Positions 1-13,149 of a stretch of 64,000 nt of DNA are shown piece by piece. Location: the NCBI RefSeq assembly GCF_006345805.1, contig NC_043015.1, positions 17,360,001 to 17,424,000 on the forward strand, in the 5' to 3' direction. Source of the DNA: Octopus sinensis. Lineage: Eukaryota. A program made the position numbers and the translations under genes. Each line of letters starts with the position of its first letter. The first letter of the stretch is position 1. The notes beneath the pieces were generated by a model, which was not told the DNA's origin, searched no databases, and saw nothing but the letters and a program-made list of their open reading frames with translations.

Positions 1-90
1 GGCATTCTGTGCCGTATGAATATGTCCCTCGTTTAAGAAACATATTAGGTTTATTTACATTTGTGAAGAAAAAAAGATACCCTTCCCCCC

Positions 91-149
91 ACCCCTAACC
101 CTAACTAACTCTAACTAACCCTAACTGACCCTAACTAACCCTAACCCTA
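91..149 (+). repeat. Degenerate (CCCTAA/CTAA)n telomere-like tract inside an interspersed repeat
   Basis: accctaaccctaactaactctaactaaccctaactgaccctaactaaccctaaccctaa; short, imperfect and internal. Confidence 0.7.
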
Positions 150-850
150 AAATAGATTGAAATGCAATAGATCGATACTAGGGTCATAATTATGGGTGAC
201 AATTTCATATGACACCGCTAGAAAAGACTGCCGTTCAAACCGAAAAGATCCGAAAATTGAATTTTTAATATATTTTATTATCATATCTAATGTGTGTAAA
301 CGATTACGTGAGTTGCAAATGTGTATGTGTTTGGATGTGTTATGGTTATATTTGATAATCTGCAATATTAATAAACTGAATAAACAAAAACACCGTCAAC
401 AAACTAGGACAAGTTATAATCATACAAATGTACTTATAATAATAATGATGTACTTATAATTGTCACATTTCCCATCTCACTTCTTATCCTCCGTATGTGT
501 TCGTACGAGAATGTTTACATACATATTTATATGAGCAATAGTTTGTGTATATACACACTATCACATCACGCGCGCGTGTGCGAATGTATATTCTTCTCTA
601 TTATGTTTTTAATTTGGAATAAATTTTGACCGGTCACCTTATTGAGAACAAAATTGTGAAGGAAAACATCAAAGAAATCACCAACATTGACAGCAGCAAA
701 AACAACACCACAAGAATTCCAAAAAACAATAACGACGTTCTCAACAGAAAAACGTGTTCGGAGCAATCAGACATGTCCTGCAGTGAGTGGGAGCAAGAAA
801 ATACTGATTGGCAAAAGATTCGTAGACCAAACAAAAGAAAAAGAAATACA

Positions 851-1247
851 GGCGCAGCGTGGCCGTGCGGTAAGAAGCTTGCTTCACAACAACATGGTTC
901 CAAGTTCAGTCCCATTGTGTAGCACCTTGGGCAAATGTCTTCTACTATACCCTCGGGCCGAACAAAGCCTTGTGAGTGGATTTGGTAGACGGAAACTGAA
1001 AGAAGCCCCTCGTATGTGCGTGTGTGTGTGTGCGTGTATTTGTGTATGTGTCTGTGTTTGTCCCCCCACTATCGCTTGACAACCGATGTTGGTGTGTTTA
1101 CATCCCCGTAACTTAGCAGTTTGGCAAAAGACACCGATAGAATAAGTACTAGGCTTACAAAGTCCTGAGGTTGATTTGTTCGACTAAAGGCGGTGCTCCA
1201 GCATGGCCGCAGTCAAATGACTGAAGCAAATAAAAGAATAAAAGAAA
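851..1247 (+). mobile_element. tRNA-derived CORE-type SINE (octopus OR-like), full length
   Basis: tRNA-like head (tggccgtgcggtaag ... ggttccaagttcagtccc), CORE-like caccttgggcaaatgtcttctactata, internal (TG)n, tail gcggtgctccagcatggccgcagtcaaatgactgaa; many homologous copies in window. Confidence 0.85.
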
Positions 1248-1534
1248 GTAACACCGACATCAATACAAAAAACTGGCAAGTATGACCAGAAGAGGGAAAT
1301 ACCATCGAAAACAAATTTTCAAGTGTCTCCCCCAACAGCAGCCACACTAGCACCATCAACAGCAACATCATCCCCATCATTACCATCACCACCACCATTA
1401 TCAAAGACACCACCATCACCAGCACAACCCAATTCACACACAACTTTCAGATGGAACACCAAGAGCTGCAACAAAAGTCAAACATTTTGAACTACAAAAC
1501 AATAAAAAAGACTAGCAATAAAAAAACTAATGGA

Positions 1535-1636
<102 letters not shown>

Positions 1637-1864
1637 CAATACAATCATCACACACCGATTTTACCATACCAAGAAACAACACGTCAACACATAATAAAGT
1701 CATACAAACATCACAACACATACAACACCATCAAAATAAAATTTTCTGAAGGATTTGGGGCTTTCCAGAGAGACCTAAATAAAAGAATATATAAAGAACA
1801 GTTCATGGAACATCCATCCCCTCCTTGTCAACTAAATTACTTTTCCGCTTTGATCTAACATGAC

Positions 1865-3955
1865 CTTGCTCAGAGTAGGTAGTATAAATGCGCGTGGCCT
1901 GGGGTCCACTTGGGAATAAGGTCATTAACTCAACGACCGCGGGACATTAAGTGTCGATGTATTGGCCATCAGTGAAACCAGACGCTCCAACCGACAAGCT
2001 GTCACGCCCATTTTCGGTGGATACGATATATACATATTTCCATGTCAACCGGAAATGGGAGGTGAAACTGTGGTGTTGTTTCGAAGAGGCCTGAATCTCA
2101 AGATAAAGACTATCTTTCTAGACCCAGAAGGTAAGTTGGTGGCCTTGGGTGTGAACAGTAGTGACGGAAGTGCCCTCAGGCTGGTGGCTGTTTATGCTCC
2201 GACAGGAGCAGGACAGCCGGATATCTTCAGACGTCTGAAGGTTTTCCTAAGAACGTCTCGACCTTTAGTGTTAGTTGGCGATTGGAACGCCATCTTAGAG
2301 GCACGCTTGGACTGTGTGGGACTAGCAGATAGAAGATGCGGTGGTAGAAACCTCGCAAACCTGTTTAGACATTTCCAACTGTCTGACAGGTACCGCTGGA
2401 TTTCCCGGTTGTGCCAATGTGGACGTGGACGAATCACACCAGTTCATCCAGGTCGGGTCTAGATAGGGTATTCTGCAGGCCAGTAGATAAAGATAGTATA
2501 AGTAGTCCACTTTTCAAACTAGTTGGCTCCACAAGTCACAAATTTGTGATCTGCACAGTCGATTTAGATAAGCTTAGAAGGCAGGGACCCGGTTACTGGC
2601 AGCTGAATGCATTACTCCTGGCGTGCTAAGTGTACAGAGACTGATTAGAGAATTAGTTAAACGGGTGTTGATGGGAGCAATCGTCAGCAACAAATGGCGA
2701 TATGGGCCGAAAAGGGCAATTAGAGCAGAATCAGTGAGGTTTAGTAAGGCATTAATGATAGAAAGGAATAAAATAGAAGGGAACTTAATTAGAAACATAG
2801 AAAAGGCACTTGGGAAAGTCATTGCAACCGACGTGCTAGCCGCGAGATTGACACTCGACCAATTTTTCAACGCTAAACACGTAGGTTGCATTGTCAGAGC
2901 TAAGGTGCATGTTCTAAGACAAGAAGGAACGAAAGGCGCTCGACGGTCCCGAGTGGAAGAGACGCAGCGTAGTAACAAAGCCACAATCCGATCTTTGGTA
3001 GACGAAAATTAGAGCATGGTACGCGAGCCCGAGCAGATATGTGCGGCATTCCAGGAGCACTTCCCTTCATTTGTTGTCAACACCCGCTGAATGGGAGGCT
3101 GGACGTGCCGTGGTTGTTGATGCGAAGACATGCGCTAAGGGTGCGACATCACCAGTGCTTCTTAGACGGTGAGCAAGTGTGGTTGCCGTTTGTCAGACAG
3201 AGCTTTCCACAGCGTCTCTTTGCTTGAGTTGTAGTCCTGGAGCGTAGACCGAGGAAGGGCACCTGGCACCTAGAGTGTCGTTAGGCGCTCACAGTCCTCT
3301 GTCAGTTGAGCAATGCAGTCGGGGTAAGCTCCACTCAGGCGTTCTATAGAGAGTTAGTAGCGGGCAAGTGCGACGACGTTCTTGGGAGAGTCTGTGCATC
3401 GTCGAGAATGAGTTGGCTCGGCTGTTCCGAGGGACTTTTGGGCCGGGGCCCATAGATAACTTCTGGCTTTGCAATACTACCAGGGGTCATTGCGGCTTCA
3501 GGATAAACTCTACAGGCATAGAAGTGCCGTTATCCAGGCTTGCCCAGGGTGTAAACAGAGCGACGAAACTGTTATGCACGCCCTTTTTCAGTGCCCGAGC
3601 ACTGCTGACTTGTGATTTTATGTCGAACGCCTGCTGTCCGTGTAGGACGGATCCGTTTATCAGCTAAGTCCATAGTGAAGATCGCCCCGCCGTCATCTTT
3701 TGGCCAGGAAGAGCAGGTAGTGTTTCTTTGTTTGGTAGCCTTAGCGAAAGAGGTTGTGTGGTGGACCAGGTTGAAAGGGCTGAAGACAGACACTTTCCTC
3801 TTTGGCTAAGCCCTCATCAACTTTCTGAAGTTCCATTTGAAAAGGGAAAGCAGTGTAGAGAGGGAAGTGCTACCTCCCAGCAATTTTGTTAAAAGGTGAG
3901 TGAATGTAACGCGAATGGCCCGAGTGAAGGACCTGCTCTAAGCATGCGCCTCTAG
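1865..3955 (+). mobile_element. Tx1/L1-clade non-LTR retrotransposon relic: APE endonuclease, tether and C-terminal CCHC zinc finger; RT core deleted
   Basis: INARGL, DVLAISET, LVAVYAPT and LVGDWNAIL APE motifs (ORF 1962-2462); CPGCKQSDETVMHALFQCP at ~3540-3600; 2800-3060 is homologous to 63245-63510; several stops and frameshifts. Confidence 0.85.
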
Positions 3956-3964
3956 ATCAGCCGG

Positions 3965-5400
3965 TTTTGCATTGTGGGCTCCATACAGCAACAACTTCCA
4001 AGTTTTTCTGTCAAGCTTATTTCGTTTCTGGTCCAGTCTATAATTCCAACTCTATATCTGATTAAGGGTACTGTTATTGAATCTATTGCTTCAATGAGAT
4101 TTTTGGAATTCAGCTTTGACTACGATAATTTTCTGACTCTCCTTGTGTACTCTCTACTGGTAATTTGTTTCATTTATCCATTTTTATCTCATTTGCTTCC
4201 AGTATTCCCAAGTACTTATAGCACTGTTCTTTCTCAATCGCTCTCATTGTTTGTTCATTTGGAATTTCAATTCCCTGGATTCTTTCATATCCTCTTCGTT
4301 TCATTTTCAATATAGCGCACTTTTCTATTCCAAATTCCATACCTACGTCACTTGAGAAAATGCAGATAGTATGTACAAGACTTCCAACATGTTCCTCATT
4401 TTTCGCATAAACCTTTATATCATCCATGAAAAAGAGATGATTATTCTGACCATTTCTTTTTCCCAAATTGTAAGCAATGTTAACTTTTTGTAGTATCATA
4501 GTGAGCAGTGTCATGGCCAATACGAATAGTAATGGAGATAAGCTATCACCCTGGAATATTCACGTCTACGGTCACTTTTCCGAGTTTTTGTTTTCCTTCG
4601 ATCAATTCAGCATTCCAATGTTTCATACTTTCATTAAGCATTCTCTCTATGTTTTTTGCTATTCCTAACATACTCATTATTTTGCTTACCCAGCTGTGTA
4701 GTACGATGTCATATGCCTTTTTGTAATCTAGCCATCTGCGTCTGCAATTTCTAATTATCATTTTATCAACTAGTAAGTGATCTTTTGCTGTCCTACTTTG
4801 TTTCATGCATCCTTTCTATTCTTCTGGAAGTAGATTATTACTTTCCAGATGGTTATATAATTCTTCTGCTAAGACACCAGTCATAAGCTTCCACATTAGT
4901 GGTAAACAGGTTATAGTTCGAAAATTTGACGCCAAGTTTCCTTTCAAGGGATCCTTGAGGCACAGCAGCGTTCGTCCACTTCTCATTCAGGCAGGTATGT
5001 GACCTTGCTGTAGGTAGTCATCCAGTTGCACAGCGATCCTTTCTTGCAACTGTCTAAAGTTTTTCAGCCTTGTACTCCATTTCTAGTCCTTTCCAATTTG
5101 CCGTTTTTTAACTTCCATTTCATGTATATAGATTAATTCTGACGTTCTTTTGTCTTGGTACTGTTGCAAGTTGTCTTTCCACTTTTGTTAGCCACTCTGC
5201 GCTTTCTTTATGTCTCACCGGCCAGTTCCACAGCCTTCCCCAAAATTCTTTACTTTCTTCCGCATCTGGAATCAGCTCCTTGTATTGGCAGCCCTCTATT
5301 TCCTCAAATAGACACCTTCTATTTGATTGAAACAGTCTATTCTGTTCGAAATCTTTGCATCTAGCGTCATATCTTTTGAATTTAGTCTTTAATTGTTGTT
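3965..5400 (-). mobile_element. R4/Dong-clade non-LTR retrotransposon, RT region (degraded)
   Basis: [55 protein letters not shown] and YKYLGILEA in ORFs 4170-4520, 4546-4806, 5120-5440. Confidence 0.85.
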
Positions 5401-5459
5401 GTTGTTGGTGGTGGTGGGGGTGGGGGTATTTCATATCCACACAACAGATTAAACTATTA

Positions 5460-5930
5460 GAAAAGAAAAATTCCTAAGATCGGGCTACAAGTAATCTTAG
5501 ATACCAAGAACCTTCTTAAGTATCTTAATACTGTTTTTTGGAGCTGCGTTAAACTAGGTTTTATGCCTATTTCCTCAATTCATCTGTTCAAGTCTAGGGA
5601 TAGTGCTTAATGCACTTATAACTACAACGATGCATTTTACCCGCACTTTCCATAGCTTCTATAACTCAATGACTAGATCCTGCACTTCGCTATGTCCTCC
5701 ATACCTTTCTTATTGACTTTCTTGTCACTGTAAAGTCAATTCTTTGGTATGTTCTATTCTCTTTGTCTACTGCTACTATATCAGACCATCTAGCTTCTAT
5801 TACTCTGTCAGCCTGAATGTTAAAATTTCAATTATTCTGTCAGTCTGAATGTTAAAATCCTATTGCTCTGTCAGTTTGAATGGTATTACTTTGTCATGAT
5901 TTCGTGGAATGTTAATCAGCCTTTTTAATT
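5460..5930 (-). mobile_element. R4/Dong restriction-like endonuclease C-terminus and 3' end
   Basis: Minus-strand DFNIQTDR..IEARWSDIVAVDK, LWKVRVKCIVVVISALSTIP and LQKTVL; the IQTDR segment is tandemly triplicated (~31 bp, 5800-5885). Confidence 0.7.
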
Positions 5931-6999
5931 ATTTGCCTTTACTATCTTTTTATTTTTCATAATCCTCTTCTTACATTTTTCCATCTCTCTCTCTCTCCCT
6001 CTCTCTCCTTCTTTCTCCCTCTCTCCCTATCTCTCGCCCTCTCTCCCTCTCCCTCCTCTCCTCTCCATTTCTCCCCCTCTCCTCCTCCTCTTTCTCTCTC
6101 TCATTTTCTTCTTTCTTCTCTCTCTTAGCATACTTATTTCTTTCATCTTACTCTTGACATACCTTCTCTCCCAAATCAATGTTTCTTTGTGAATATCATT
6201 GTGTTCTCTGCTACACAAATGTAAATACCCTTCTCTCAACTCAGACTATCTACTATGTGTCCATCCTTTGTATTACCTGAGCTTGTTGGCCTTGACTTCA
6301 TAATCAGTTTTATTTAGTAGCATAAGCGTTTTCTGTCTTTTTAATCTCTTTACTCCATGTCCTTCTCTAAGCATGTCATTATGGTTACTTTCTCACTACG
6401 ACATTCTGAGGCCCTCCCACTGATATTATTTATAACAGTGTTCACCCATGTGCAAGCATATTACATCGTTAGAAGGTCATAATAAAATGATGGGATTGGG
6501 TTTCATTTATATCGTATGAAATCATATAATCATTGTTTATATTTCTTTCAGTATATTAAATGATTCATCTACACCACCTTTACTGAAACGATCGAAAGCG
6601 GATGATAAATGCGATGCCAATATTTTCATACCTCTATTTGTTTTATGTTATGCTTCGATGAAAATTTCCTGGATTTTCAGTTTGCAAGGAATACTTTAGA
6701 TTTACTGGATTCTTTTTCGTTTCTGTACATCCTGTTAGCCGGAAGTTCACATTAGTGCTAACTGAAATCTTTGCTTGGCTTTCACAATAAAGCTTCCTTT
6801 ATAAAAGTAATATATTTATACACAAGTGTGTTTCTCCTACATCATTACACTCGTCGTACAGTGGTGAGGTGATATAATTAACATATTCAGTTTTTGTAGA
6901 GTAGAGGGCCTCACTGACACTTCTCTAATTGGGCTCCGCACTTCCTAGCGCCGGCCCTGGTTATTACAAAATATGTTAATTATATCATCTCACCACTGT

Positions 7000-8800
7000 A
7001 TTGTGACATGCTCTGTGACAAAACTAAGTTCTTGTGAACAACATATTTAGAAGCTATGGGTTTCATCTAATAGGAGTGGAGGAGCTGCAATCTGTTGTTC
7101 ACAGTCTCTAACCAAGTTCAGTATCAAGGACAGGGAGTCTATTGTTAGAGTGCCTAGTGGGGTAATCTATAGTTACTTCGATACTTTGGTGGATGGAGTT
7201 AGCTACATACTGGATGCTCTCCATTATGCTCCTCTCGGTTTCTACATTACAGTTACGAGAGTTTGTCCTAACTACAATATTAATGTCATCTACATACCTA
7301 CACTAAAGCAAAACAGTTGTGGATATTTCCGCTAAGGATTGTTTAAGTTTTCTGTCCCACCAGGTCATGAAGAGGCTGGCCACATCTCCAGTCACACCGA
7401 CACCAAAGGCTGCACATTGAACCTGCATGTAAAGTTTCCTGTTAAACTTTACTATGTGGTTCTTCAAGGTGGTTCTTATGATAGCCCCTATTGCGTGTGC
7501 AATCATTCTATTCGCCTGACTGTTGTTCTCAGGGTCCTGGGAGGGTATGGTCCAACCACTTCAGCGCTCTGCGGTGCCTTTCTTTACTGCCGATGTGATG
7601 GTACGTGGTCCTCCCCTCTGTGACCTGGCGGAGCAGAATCTACTAAGGTCGTTGGAGTGGTTGCAACTTCTGATTCTACTGAGGAGATCCTCGTGCTCAC
7701 ACGGACAGCTGCACTGATCTCAGGCCTCTACCACCTTCATTTCGTCTTAACTAGAGCCTGTCAATACCACTGTTTCTGTGGAAGTTCCCAGTTGTAGTCA
7801 GGATTTTTTCGGGTTCTGATATCTATGGAGCGGATTGTATGTATGTATGTATGCATGCATGTATGCATGTATGTATGTATGTATGTATGCATGTATGTAT
7901 GTATGTATGTATGTATGTATGTATGTATGTATGTGTATTTATGTGTGTATGTATGTATGTATGTATGTATGTGTATTTATGTGTGTCTATATATGTGTGC
8001 GTGTGTGTGTGCATGTGTGTATATGTGGAAGTGTTTGTGTATGTGCATGTGTGTGTATGTGCATGTGTTTGTGTATGTGCACGTGTGCGTTATGCATGTG
8101 TGTGTATGTGCATGTGCTTGTGTATATGCATGTGTGTGTATATGCATGCGTGTGTATGTGCATGTGTTTGTGTATGTGCACGTGTGCGTTATGCATGTGT
8201 GTGTATGTGCATGTGCTTGTGTATATGCATGTGTGTGTATATGCATGCGTGTGTATGTACATGTGTTTGTGTATGTGCATGTGTGTGTTTGTGCATGTGT
8301 GTGTGCGAGTGCATGTACGTATGTATGTGTGTATATACTCACACATGCACACAGCCACACATACACATACACATATATTCTTTTACAAGAATCGCGTTGA
8401 CAGTAACTTCGGAGTTTCGGCCTGTTTAACCTTCATTGCACAGTTCGCTGAAACCTAAGCAGGCCGAATCTTCGAAGTCATTGTTAACCTTATTCTTGTC
8501 AAAGTATAATAAATATGTACTCTACAAAATGTATTGAGTAACCCTTCAGTTTAATGTTCCAGGACCTATGCAAACGGACCTTGTTGATACCAGATACCAT
8601 CTTTGTTTCTAAGGTAACAAGGCAACTAATCTTACGGGAATTAACTGTGCTCTAGGAAGAGAAGATAAATGACACACAAGTGAAGAAGAGGGTTGAGTAC
8701 CAGAAGTTGGTGGTGGACTATCGCAAGAGCGGATAGATGACCAAACATTTTCCATTGGAGAACAACTAGACGTTTGCCAGCGAAGGTGGGCAATTGATGA
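7000..8800 (-). mobile_element. Highly degraded Penelope-like RT (possibly Naiad/Chlamys-type), interrupted by a compound microsatellite
   Basis: ORF 7303-7506 LKNHIVKFNRKLYMQVQCAAFGVGVTGDVASLFMTWWDRKL; downstream DYPTRHSNNRLPVLDTEL; SIDI adjacent to the microsatellite; extent uncertain. Confidence 0.55.
7828..8375. repeat. Compound (ATGT)n/(TG)n microsatellite with a ~100-bp higher-order tandem duplication
   Basis: Block gtgtatgtgcatgtgtttgtgtatgtgcacgtgtgcgttatgc... recurs at ~8050 and ~8150. Confidence 0.85.
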
Positions 8801-10480
8801 TTCGCAAGTCATTCTCTTATCAATGCGGCTCTATGCATTGCTGAAATGAGCAGAAGAAAAGTCAAGAGTAATGTAGAGGCTACTGAAAAAACGACTAGAT
8901 AGTCCTAGTTGAAAAGATCCAAGAGGTGACCGGCGGGATCACTAGAATGCCAGCTGCATACAGGTCTATGCTTGATCCACCTCGGTCAAGCCTGGATGAG
9001 CGTATATGTTATCAGATCCCAGACACCCAGTGATACTGATACTAAGGGCAGATTTTGCATCTATAAATGTATGTAACATTAAAAAATGTTTCGTAATAAA
9101 CATATTTCGTAGCGCTAACAAAATTAGGATAAATTCGTAACATAAATCCTCATAAACATTCTTATATTGTTTATGAGAAATTGAAATACACACACTCCCT
9201 GTCTCACGCGCGCGCACACACGCACGCACAAACAAACACACACACAAACATATGTGTATATACATGTGTACATGCGCAATGTGAGTGGAGAGAGAGAAAG
9301 AGAAAGTGGGGAGGGAAAAGAGAGAGAAAATAACTATCGGTCAATCTCTGGCAATGAAGTTAAATATTATCTGTTGATCTTCCGCTGTCAATGTCATTTA
9401 AGTATCGAATTGCTAGTAAACAAACAATTTCACTCATCTCTTTCTCCCTACTTTTCCATCTCTTCTGTTACCATCCGCCTATTTCACAACTATAAGAAAG
9501 GATGCAACAGTGAAAAGTCCTAGCAAATAATTTTTATATTCTAATTTCTAAAACTAGGTTCTCTAGTATATAAAAATAGCTTGCCTTTCCTCGGATGGCA
9601 TTAGTTATTAAAATAGCATGATGCAATCATAATTTCTGAAAACAGCCAAAAGGATGTAGTAAATTATTAAATTAGTTTTCAACCGCCATCGTTCCTAACG
9701 TCCAGACAACTCATCTTATTGTTCAGCATCTCTATCCTGATTTAACTTTACCATTTAGACCAGTAATCATAGAAATACTTTTATACATTCTTGAACAATT
9801 AAGTTCTCCATGGAAAGAAATGATAATGAACTCGCAATATTGCAAAGCTGTCGATAACCACAGCAGCTAAAATACGCAAAACTTCTTTGAAGTTTAGAAT
9901 TTACTTCAATATTTACTTGTTGGTGCTTGAACCTAGGTCAGCTCTGACTAAACAGATCTATGATCAAAGTCATTCCAACTCAATCCAATCAGCCTTTTTA
10001 GCTCTGCATTTTCAAATGTGCCCTTCTCAGATTTAAGGTGGTTGGTGTGTGCTCTTTTAGAAAAGTAGCTAGTCTTCATAATCGACTGTACTTAGTATTC
10101 CTGGAGGAATAGTCTCTTTGCACCTTTCTTTTCACTAGCTTTCTTTCCGTTCGCTTCTGTCATCTTCATTTCCTCTTCTACCGATCTCCACCAGGTAACC
10201 CATGAGTGTCCGATTTTCATTTCCCTTATAAGTTCCAATTCAAGGCTTGCCTTTTCAAACATTCTTCTCATTTTTTAACATATGACCTAGCCATCTCTAC
10301 TTGCATTTGTTGGATGATAAGCTCCTGTTTGGTTTTGGCTCGGAAGTCTTTGTTACTCACACTTTCTGGATGTCTGATAGATAGGCTGCTTCTGGTGAAC
10401 CTGTTTATATTTGAAATTTTCTCATGATATTTGTGTTCATTTGCCATAACGGCTAACCAGGAAATATTTGACATTGCTGT

Positions 10481-10658
<178 letters not shown>

Positions 10659-10667
10659 GTTGTATTA

Positions 10668-10858
10668 GGAATGGTCATTTTGCCAGTTTAGCCAATAAAA
10701 ACACACACACTATATATTTTGTGTTACTTTGGTGACGAAAGAACTCTGGCCGAAATAAGATTATGATTAATGTAAAAAATGAATGACGCTGAAGCAAAGT
10801 AACACCAAATATATAAAGCGTGTATTTTTATTGGCTAAACTGGCAAAATGACCATTCC
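10668..10858. mobile_element. MITE, 191 bp, TA-flanked (Tc1/mariner-like)
   Basis: Perfect TIR ggaatggtcattttgccagtttagccaataaaaa / tttttattggctaaactggcaaaatgaccattcc with TA on both sides; inner imperfect IR gtgttactttg/caaagtaacac; TIR fragment also at ~50055-50092. Confidence 0.85.
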
Positions 10859-11299
10859 TAAATATCTGTTTCAACACACGATTTTACATCAAAAATCTTG
10901 CAAAACAAATATATAAATGTATATATATATATATATATATATATTCTTTTATTCTTTTACATTTCAGCCCTAAGGTGCTGGGAGAAAATCATATTTTTAA
11001 TTGTTGATTCCGCCATACAATACCGACAATCGATTCTGTTGTATTAACATATTTAGATACAGAAAATGTCAGTGAAATTAATATATCCGAAAATACATTT
11101 TGATAAAACGTTATCAAGGCAATCCAAAGTAGTTAAAATCAAAGTGAACTAAGAAAATATCTCTAGTAGACGAACGCATACAACAACAAAAAAATGTTAA
11201 GAAGAAATATAATATTCTAAGAAAACCTACTTTGGTATACATATCTATGAATGCGCTGGATGGCTTTCTTCTACGAGAATCCATCAACCACTACATCTG

Positions 11300-12750
11300 C
11301 GGCTAAGTTTGGCTTCAAATCCCGATAGTGCCTCCCACGTATGAAAGATCATGAGAACTTTGAGACTGACCTATGGAACATTGTAAAGAAGATAAGGTTT
11401 AGGCATTATTCTAACTCCTTACTTAAATTCTTAAATGACTATATGACCATATTAAACAATTACCCAACCTGCACACCCTCGCAGACAAAACAGAATATTT
11501 ATGAAACAAACACTCCCACACACTGAAGTATCCTCACAAGCGCCATCGCCAAAACATAGAAGAAAACCCGTAATTCCACATACAATGAAATAAACAGAGA
11601 AGCAAAGGAACTAGTTACCCGCCTTGATATAGAGAATCACGTGGACTGTTTCACCACGCAAACTTTCACATACTACACTTAAGGACCATAATCCCAATTT
11701 CCTCTCCAATCCGAAACGTAGGCTGATCAACCCTTCCAAAAGCGAGACAGGTATCATTAGCAAGCGTATTCTCGACACTATCAACTCTTACATTAGAAGG
11801 GCTACGGGGTTGACTGAATAGAATTCCAGCGCAGCTGTGATCAACTGGTTCCGCGGTATCGAGAGTAAGTCAGTTTGCAGGTTCACTCAGTTCGATATTG
11901 TTGACCCTTCATATCTAAGCCCTTCCTTCAGAAGGCCCTAACTTTTGCTGACCAATTTACCAGCATAAGTGACCTCGATATCAGAATCATCATGAATTCC
12001 AGGAAGTCAATTCTGGTCGACGACGATTCCTTCTGGGTGAAGAAAGAAGGGGATCTATTGTTCGATGTCTCTATGTGGAGCTATGACGGGGTTGAAATCG
12101 CCGACCTCGTTGGGTTATACATTTTAGATACCCTCAAGAGACGTACTCATCTACATAGGTCGGCTTTCTATAGGGACGACGGCCTGGCTATGTCAAGCCA
12201 TATGAACGGCCACACCATGAACAAGTTCAGGAAGGACTTGATAAAAATATCTAAAGAATTCGGCCTGTCCTTAACAGTTACCACCAACCTGACTACGGTC
12301 GATTTCTTGGACGTAACCTTAGACCTGAACACGAGCAAGCACTACCTTCACAGGAAGCATAATGAAGAAACGGTACACATCCACAAGAGCTCAACCCTAC
12401 CCCGCTGTAATTAGAAACCTGGTTTCAGACATTAACAAACGGGTATCTAAACTCTCGGCCACCAGGGAGATCTTTAATAGGGCCGCCCCCGACACTACAA
12501 CGATGCTTTGGCTAGGAGCGGGTTTACTGAGAAACGATCGCCAACCACCACCCCTCACTCCAAGAGGAATAGGTAAAGGAAAATTATATAGTTTAACCTC
12601 ACCATTCAACCTACAAGTTTCTACTGACGTAGCTAGGGACTTCCTGCCGTTAATTAATAAACATTTCCCAAATGCCATAAGTATTACAAACTCTTAAACC
12701 ATTATAATGTCAAGGCGAGCTGCTCCTGCTTAGACAACATCACATCTAAC
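11300..12750 (+). mobile_element. Penelope-like retroelement RT (Neptune-like), degraded
   Basis: NPKRRLINPSKSETGIISKRILD, FDVSMWSYDGVEIADLVGLYIL, YRDDGLA, VDFLDVTLDLNT (ORF 11992-12414). Confidence 0.8.
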
Positions 12751-13149
12751 ATCTGACTTTCTCCAACTATTTCTTATTCAAATTTCGAATGGCTGAGAAT
12801 TAACATCACGCCTTGAAACTTGAAGTACCATGGAATTACTTTAAATAAGGTGCATATTCAGATGACAAGGAAATCTAAAGATAAAGATTTATTTTCACAA
12901 TTGAAAGAGTTTCGGCTGCGAAACACGTCCAGACAGATACATAAGTAGATATATATATTCAGGGTGGCCCAAAAGTAGGTTTACAGTTTTTCAACTATCT
13001 CTTTAGTATTCATGTATTAACAGTTTAGATCTTAGTTATAAAAATATATGAAACCATTATCCTATGCTAATTTAGTTAATTTTGCCAAGCTCCCTTTACA
13101 GTTTGTAAGATAAAAATTTAAATACATTTCTATATTTAGGGGATGAGGA

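Noticed and set aside
7823-8458. Long ORFs such as [16 protein letters not shown] here and at 10268, 17206, 20710, 23391, 39788, 41711, 49649 and 61184
   Set aside because: Stop-free read-through of microsatellites; no coding signal
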